A stretch of DNA of 64,000 bases from contig JAZQOV010000006.1 in NCBI GenBank assembly GCA_045628045.1, positions 96,001 through 160,000 on the forward strand, given 5' to 3'. Shown here piece after piece: positions 57,269 through 64,000 of this stretch. How positions within the stretch are numbered: the first letter of the stretch is position 1; the number at the start of each line of letters is the position of its first letter. The position numbers and the translations under genes were made by a program. The stretch comes from Bacilli bacterium (GTDB taxonomy: Bacteria > Bacillota_I > Bacilli_A > RFN20 > CAG-826). A model generated the notes under the pieces. The model was not told the origin of the DNA, did no database searches, and saw nothing but the letters and a program-made list of their open reading frames with translations.

Positions 57269-57841
57269 CTACATTTTTGCTTTAATAATTTGACGAATTT
57301 CATCGACTGCGTCTTCTAATTTGTCATTAATGACAACGTGTTTATAAAGAGACTTATATTCAAGTTCTTTTGCTGCAGCAGAAACTCTATTTGCAATAAC
57401 TTCTTCAGATTCGGTACCTCTGCCTCTTAATCTATTGGCGAGTTCTTCAACTGATGGAGGTGCAATAAATATTGAAATGACATCTGGTACCTTTTTAAAT
57501 ACGTTTGAAGCTCCTTTAACATCGATTTCGAGTAAAACGTTTTTACCATCATTTCTCATTTCTTCAACTTTATCTCTTGGGGTTCCATAGCAATTTCCTA
57601 CGTATTCTGCCCATTCAAGTAAGTTGTCATTTTCGACGTTTCTCATGAATTCGTCTCTAGTTACAAAGTAATATTCGCGGCCATTAACTTCACCGGGTCT
57701 CATGTTGCGGGTAGTCATCGAAACAGAATAAAAAAGATTGAGGCTTTTATCCTCCATCAACAATTCGCGAATTGTTCCTTTTCCGACTCCGCTCGGGCCA
57801 GACATGATAAGCAAAAGGCCCTTTTTCTTATTATTTTCCAT
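57269..57841 (-). CDS. gmk: Guanylate kinase
   Basis: SGPSGVGKGT, SVSMTTR, RPGEVNGREYYF, YGTP, LEIDVKGA. Confidence 0.97.
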   Translation of the reverse strand: MENNKKKGLLLIMSGPSGVGKGTIRELLMEDKSLNLFYSVSMTTRNMRPGEVNGREYYFVTRDEFMRNVENDNLLEWAEYVGNCYGTPRDKVEEMRNDGKNVLLEIDVKGASNVFKKVPDVISIFIAPPSVEELANRLRGRGTESEEVIANRVSAAAKELEYKSLYKHVVINDKLEDAVDEIRQIIKAKM

Positions 57842-57847
57842 GCTTTA

Positions 57848-57920
57848 ATTATATTAAATTGAAAAAGTTCTTTCAATTAGATAATTATGCTTTCAATTTT
57901 ATTGAATTTTTCATTATAAT
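57848..57920. promoter_or_regulatory. Back-to-back leaderless promoters for gmk (-) and rqcH (+)
   Basis: Minus: TTGAAA (57871-76)-17-TATAAT (57848-53)-6 nt-ATG. Plus: TTCAAT-17-TATAAT (57915-20)-6 nt-ATG. Confidence 0.75.
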
Positions 57921-57926
57921 AATTTT

Positions 57927-59282
57927 ATGAGAATTTCACATTCAAGTTACCAAAATTACATTAAAAAATTGTCCAAAGAAATTGAGGGTAAAACTTTGTT
58001 TTCACCTATTTTAATTAATAATGAAACTTTGCTTTTTCCTTTTATGGATAATTACGAAAATTCTCTTGTTATTTCGCTTAACAATAGATGCCCATTAATT
58101 TATAAAATTAACTGTAACATATTCTTTAAATCTTTTGGGAATACTTTTTTAGCAAAATTTAAGAAGATATTTAACCGCACAATAATTTCGAATTTAAAGT
58201 TATCAGATAAAGATAACATTGTTACCTTCACTTTAACCTCGAACGAAAGTGACGAAGAAAGAAAATTCGTCGCAGAATTAATTCCTAACTGCCCAAATCT
58301 AATTGTTCTTAAAGATGAAAAGGTTGAAGATGTCTTCTATAAAAATAAGAATAGAGATTTATCTTTTGGTGCAGTTTATTCTGCACCACTTTCCCTTGAT
58401 TCACTAGCGGGTGAGCAAGAAATAAATGAAGAATTTTTAAAACAACACTTCAAAACTGAAGATGAATTAAGATTTAAAGAAAAGTATGCTGAATTCATCA
58501 AATTTTTAAACACAAAAATTAAATCTGTGAATAAAAAAATCGCATCAATAAATAATGACCTCAAGAACGCTGATGAAAATAGAAAATATAAAGATTATGC
58601 AGATGAAATTTATACACTTGGTCTTGATTTGAAAAGCAATTTATCATCTGTTGAATTATCTTCTGGAATTATTAAGCTAGATCCATCAAAAACTTTGGGT
58701 GAAAACGTCCAACTTTTCTATAAAAAATCAAAGAAGGCAAAAGAGACAAGAAATCACTTTGAAATAAATATACAAAATGCTCAAAAATCACTTGATGAAT
58801 TTAATAGAATTTTATCGGAATTTGAGAAGGCTGATGAGAAAGAAAAAGACAAAATTATGCAAGCCTTTTTCCCAGTAAATAAGAAGAGAGAAACGACAGA
58901 GACGATTTTTAATCGTCCTTGGAAATATAATCTTAATGGAACTTACATTTATTTTGGAAAGAATGCTTCTCAAAATGACTATCTAAGTTTCGTTATGAAA
59001 TTAGATAAAGAATTTCCTTGGCTCCACATCAAGAATGTAAGTGGCTCACACCTTGTAATTTGCAATAGAAAACCTACTGAAAATGAGCTACTTTTCGCAT
59101 GTGAATTTGCATTACTTTGTTCTCACCAAAAAACAGGCGAAATTGTATGGACAAAAAAGAAAAATGTCCGTAGGGGACATGTTCTTGGGGAAGCAATAAT
59201 TAAGAATCAACAAACTATTAAATTAAATAGAATAAGAGAAGAAACAATTGTTGCTTTTAAAAATGCAGTTCGCGTTGATTAA
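57927..59282 (+). CDS. rqcH: RqcH/FbpA (NFACT) family protein, shortened and divergent
   Basis: I.LDPSKT..EN...FYKKSKK and NFACT-R GKNASQNDYL, WLHIKNVSGSHL, VWTKKKNV; divergent from gmk, as yloA is in Bacilli. Confidence 0.8.
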   Translation: MRISHSSYQNYIKKLSKEIEGKTLFSPILINNETLLFPFMDNYENSLVISLNNRCPLIYKINCNIFFKSFGNTFLAKFKKIFNRTIISNLKLSDKDNIVTFTLTSNESDEERKFVAELIPNCPNLIVLKDEKVEDVFYKNKNRDLSFGAVYSAPLSLDSLAGEQEINEEFLKQHFKTEDELRFKEKYAEFIKFLNTKIKSVNKKIASINNDLKNADENRKYKDYADEIYTLGLDLKSNLSSVELSSGIIKLDPSKTLGENVQLFYKKSKKAKETRNHFEINIQNAQKSLDEFNRILSEFEKADEKEKDKIMQAFFPVNKKRETTETIFNRPWKYNLNGTYIYFGKNASQNDYLSFVMKLDKEFPWLHIKNVSGSHLVICNRKPTENELLFACEFALLCSHQKTGEIVWTKKKNVRRGHVLGEAIIKNQQTIKLNRIREETIVAFKNAVRVD

Positions 59283-59779
59283 ATTGTGTATTTTTTAATC
59301 ATGTCAAAACTTGCCAAATTTGGGAAATTTTGTTGACGTAAAATTTCATAAACCACAATTGAAACTGAATTCGAAAGATTTAAACTTCTTGCAGTTGAAA
59401 TCATTGGAATTCTTAGGGTTGTTTCTTTATGTGCGCTTAATATTTCTTTATCAATTCCAGTAGACTCTCTACCAAACATCACATAAACGTCTTCAGTAGG
59501 ATCACTTAAATCAACTTTGCTATAAATATTAGCGCCATATTTAGTGACATAATAAATCTTTTTATCTTTGAATTTTTCAACAAATGATTCATAAGAATCA
59601 TAATAATCATATTTTGCATCTTTAATATAATCCATTCCTGCTCTTTGAACAGCCTTTTCAGACATGTCAAAAGGAATAGGACCAATAATGTGAACAAATG
59701 AATTTGTCGCCATTGCGGTTCTTAAAATGTTTCCTGTATTTTGAGGAATTTCAGGATGATACAAAATAATATGAATCAT
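59279..59779 (-). CDS. trmL: tRNA (cytidine/uridine-34 2'-O)-methyltransferase (SPOUT)
   Basis: HPEIPQNTGNILRT, RAGMDY, FGRESTG, RSLNLSN. Confidence 0.95.
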   Translation of the reverse strand: MIHIILYHPEIPQNTGNILRTAMATNSFVHIIGPIPFDMSEKAVQRAGMDYIKDAKYDYYDSYESFVEKFKDKKIYYVTKYGANIYSKVDLSDPTEDVYVMFGRESTGIDKEILSAHKETTLRIPMISTARSLNLSNSVSIVVYEILRQQNFPNLASFDMIKKYTI

Positions 59780-59781
59780 TA

Positions 59782-60342
59782 TTATTCTTCTTTTCTATAT
59801 TCAAGAACTGGATCAACACCGAATTTGTCAACGTAAGCTTTGATACATTTTTCAATAACTTCCATTGCGATTTGACGTCCTCTAATTCTATTAACAACTG
59901 TTTCTTTACCTTCTAGTTGTTTATAAACTTGGAAGAAGTGCTGAATTTCTTTTAAGATATGATCAGGAATTTGTTTAATATCTGTAAATGAGTTATAAAC
60001 AGGGTCATTTTTAGCAATAGCTAAAATCTTAGCGTCTTTACTTCCACCATCAACCATCTCTAAAAGTCCAATTGGATAGCATTCAACTAAAGCAAGTGGA
60101 ACGATTGGTTCACTACAAATGACTAAAACGTCAAGTGCGTCACCATCGTCTGCTAAAGTCTTTGGAATAAATCCATAGTTATGTGGATAGTGGGTTGATG
60201 TGTATAAAATACGATCAAGTTTTAAAGCTCCTGAATATTTATCCAATTCATATTTGTTTTTGGAGCCTTGTGGAATTTCAATACATGCTAAGAAATTCTC
60301 TGGTTTAATGTTGTCTGGGTTAACTCTGTGCCATAAATTCAT
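59782..60342 (-). CDS. ppa: Family I soluble inorganic pyrophosphatase
   Basis: IEIPQGSKNKYELDK, LDRIL, YPHNYGFIP, DDGDALDVLV, HFFQVYK. Confidence 0.95.
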   Translation of the reverse strand: MNLWHRVNPDNIKPENFLACIEIPQGSKNKYELDKYSGALKLDRILYTSTHYPHNYGFIPKTLADDGDALDVLVICSEPIVPLALVECYPIGLLEMVDGGSKDAKILAIAKNDPVYNSFTDIKQIPDHILKEIQHFFQVYKQLEGKETVVNRIRGRQIAMEVIEKCIKAYVDKFGVDPVLEYRKEE

Positions 60343-60353
60343 GGTTTTACCTC

Positions 60354-60748
60354 CTAATAATTTATTGTCTCTAAACGAGCTAAAGCTCGTTGCAAAGCTA
60401 ATTCTGCACGTTTAATATCAATATCTGGTCCTTTTTCTAAGAGTCGTTTTTCTGCTCTTTCTTTAGCAGCCTTAGCTCTTGCAGCATCGATATCTTTCGC
60501 ATGTTCTATAGCATTAGTAATAACAGTAATTTTTTCTTTTGTAACGTTTATTGCTCCACCATGAACCGCGTAGTAAATCGTTTTGCCATTTTTTATAATG
60601 TGCATTGATGCATAACTGAGCGATCCAATTAAAGGCATGTGACCACACAAAAAAGTTCTATAACCACTTGTTAATTTAATAGTTAAAGATTCAACCTTTT
60701 CGCTAAGGTAAATTCCTCTTGGAGTAATTATTTCTAGAGAAAATTCCA

Positions 60749-60749
<1 letters not shown>
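60354..60749 (-). CDS. atpC: F1 ATP synthase epsilon subunit
   Basis: LEIITPRG, GHMPLI, VHGG and C-terminal helical hairpin. Confidence 0.93.
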
Positions 60750-62158
<1,409 letters not shown>

Positions 62159-63004
62159 TTATTTTTGTTGACCCGCTACAACTTCAATAATTTCTTGAGT
62201 AATTGCAGCTTGTCTTGCTTTATTAAATTCAATTGTTAATTTATCAATTAACTCATCAGCGTTATCATTAGCGTTTTCCATTGCGGTTCTTCTAGATGCT
62301 TGTTCGCTAACTTGTGACTCAATAAGTTTTTGATATAAAGAAGAAGTAAGTTCAATAGGCATAAGCTCTTCGATCAAGGTCTTAACATTCGGGTCGAAGA
62401 TTGGAGCGTATCCAACATTTGACTTATTTTCTTCTTTTTTAACTGGGAAAAGAGTATAAAGAGTTGGTTCAAATCTAAGTGAATTTATATACTTTGTATA
62501 TATAACTTTGATTTGACGATATTTTCCTTTTATAAATTCAGAGTGTAAAAATCTTCCAAGTTTTACTACATCGTCATAATCAAGTTTGTCATTAAGTGAA
62601 ACGAACTCACTTATTACTTGGTAACCTTCTTTTGAATAATTTGTTTCTCCTTTTAAACCAATAGTTAAAAGAACTGATTCTTTCTTAGAAATGTTGCTAG
62701 TAACGAAGTTAAATACGTTTGAGTTATAAGAAGCACATAAACCCAGATTTGAGTTAATAACCACCACTAAATCTTTTTCGCCTTTTCCATTATGTAAGTA
62801 TGGAATTTCTTCACTTGCATCAAGCATAGCAAAAAGATCAGAAATGACTTTTTCCATTTCTTTTACAAAGAACTGGTTCTTTTCCATCACATTTTTAAAC
62901 TTTTTTAGTTTAACTGTGGCAACTAGTTCCATTGCTTCAGTAATCTTTTTAGTGGATTTAACTGAAGCTATTCTTCTTTTTGTTTTGTTTAATGCCTGTG
63001 CCAT
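62159..63004 (-). CDS. atpG: F1 ATP synthase gamma subunit
   Basis: KKITEAMELVA, GLCASYN, SEQASRRTAM, NKARQAAITQEI. Confidence 0.97.
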   Translation of the reverse strand: MAQALNKTKRRIASVKSTKKITEAMELVATVKLKKFKNVMEKNQFFVKEMEKVISDLFAMLDASEEIPYLHNGKGEKDLVVVINSNLGLCASYNSNVFNFVTSNISKKESVLLTIGLKGETNYSKEGYQVISEFVSLNDKLDYDDVVKLGRFLHSEFIKGKYRQIKVIYTKYINSLRFEPTLYTLFPVKKEENKSNVGYAPIFDPNVKTLIEELMPIELTSSLYQKLIESQVSEQASRRTAMENANDNADELIDKLTIEFNKARQAAITQEIIEVVAGQQK

Positions 63005-63005
63005 A

Positions 63006-64000
63006 TTACTTTAATGTTTCAAAGAAAGATTTCATAACTTCGTGAAGCTTTGCTTCAAGAGTTTCTGAAATAACTTTCTTAGTGTTGATTTCTTTTAGAA
63101 TTTCCTTATGAGATGAAGAAATGTGTGAATAAAGTTTATTTAAAACTTTGTGCATATCTTCAATCTTAATTTCTTCAAGATATCTATGTTTTGCTGCGAA
63201 AAGTTCAATAATTTGTCTATCAACTGGGTAGGTATCGTATTGAGCTTGTTTAAGAATTTCCATTAAGACTCCACCATGAGTCAAAACTTTCTTTGTATCA
63301 GCATCAAGATCACTTCCAAATTGAGAGAATGCTTGAAGTTCGCGGTAGTTCGCAAGTTCAATCTTTAAAGAACCTGCAACTTGTTTCATAGCTTTGAGTT
63401 GAGCAGCACTTCCAACACGGCTTACTGATAAGCCAGAGTCAATAGCAGGTCTTTGACCTGCGTTAAACAAATCTGTCATTAAGAAGATTTGTCCATCTGT
63501 AATAGAAATAACATTTGTTGGAATGTATGCTGAAATATCTCCAGCTTGAGTTTCGATAATTGGAAGTGCTGTAATTGAGCCACCACCATTTTCATCATTT
63601 AATTTACATGCACGTTCAAGAAGTCTTGAATGTAAATAGAAGACATCTCCTGGGTAAGCTTCACGTCCACTTGGTCTCTTTAATAAGAGAGAAAGTGTAC
63701 GATACGCAACTGCGTGTTTAGATAAATCGTCAAAGACGATTAATGTATCTTTTCCTTGTTCTAACCATTCTTCTGCCATTGCCATACCTGAATAAGGGGC
63801 AAGGTAAAGAAGAGGGGCAAGTTCGCTAGCTGTAGCAGAAACAACAGTTGTGTATTCCATAGCGCCAGCTTTAGTGAGTTTATCAACAATTGATGCTACA
63901 GTGGAATTCTTTTGTCCAATTGCAACATAAATACAGTTAACGTTTTGACCTTTTTGGTTAATGATTGTATCAACTGCTATAGCAGTTTTTCCGGTTTGTC
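63006..64000 (-). CDS. atpA: F1 ATP synthase alpha subunit; 5' part outside the window
   Basis: The frame continues to the window edge with RQTGKT (Walker A); [20 protein letters not shown]; SVSRVG. Confidence 0.97.
   Translation of the reverse strand, partial: QTGKTAIAVDTIINQKGQNVNCIYVAIGQKNSTVASIVDKLTKAGAMEYTTVVSATASELAPLLYLAPYSGMAMAEEWLEQGKDTLIVFDDLSKHAVAYRTLSLLLKRPSGREAYPGDVFYLHSRLLERACKLNDENGGGSITALPIIETQAGDISAYIPTNVISITDGQIFLMTDLFNAGQRPAIDSGLSVSRVGSAAQLKAMKQVAGSLKIELANYRELQAFSQFGSDLDADTKKVLTHGGVLMEILKQAQYDTYPVDRQIIELFAAKHRYLEEIKIEDMHKVLNKLYSHISSSHKEILKEINTKKVISETLEAKLHEVMKSFFETLK

Overview
AT-rich chromosomal segment from a reduced-genome Bacilli-type bacterium (inference: an uncultured gut/rumen lineage such as RFN20/RF39/Erysipelotrichales-like). 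It uses the standard code: TGA is a stop, e.g. at the end of malE. No mobile elements, CRISPR arrays, rRNA or tRNA genes were seen. Positions 1-19.5 kb form a large, almost entirely minus-strand alpha-glucan locus: glgB-glgP-dUTPase-malQ-CotH-family kinase lipoprotein; a non-catalytic tandem CBM20-like lipoprotein; a lipoprotein pullulanase with an orphan lipoprotein; and malE-malF-malG-lipoprotein amylase-msmX. Six of these proteins carry lipoboxes. The remainder is Bacilli core genome: ackA, nrnA, dnaE, polA, a mutM-coaE fusion, dnaI/dnaB, thrS with T-box, infC-rpmI-rplT, thiI, iscS, ezrA, rpsD, tyrS, ccpA, pncB, trmB, pepV, coaX, leuS, rpmB, rpe, rsgA, prkC, prpC, rlmN, gmk, rqcH, trmL, ppa and atpCDGA. 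The best candidate for something new is the surface-anchored starch system containing a CotH/Fam20-like kinase. Also notable are systematic leaderless promoters, a DnaA-box cluster ahead of dnaB-dnaI, a nested inversion of the ackA-rplT block, and a Cys/His-tailed protein where rpoZ usually sits. All calls come from reading motifs by eye; no searches were run.
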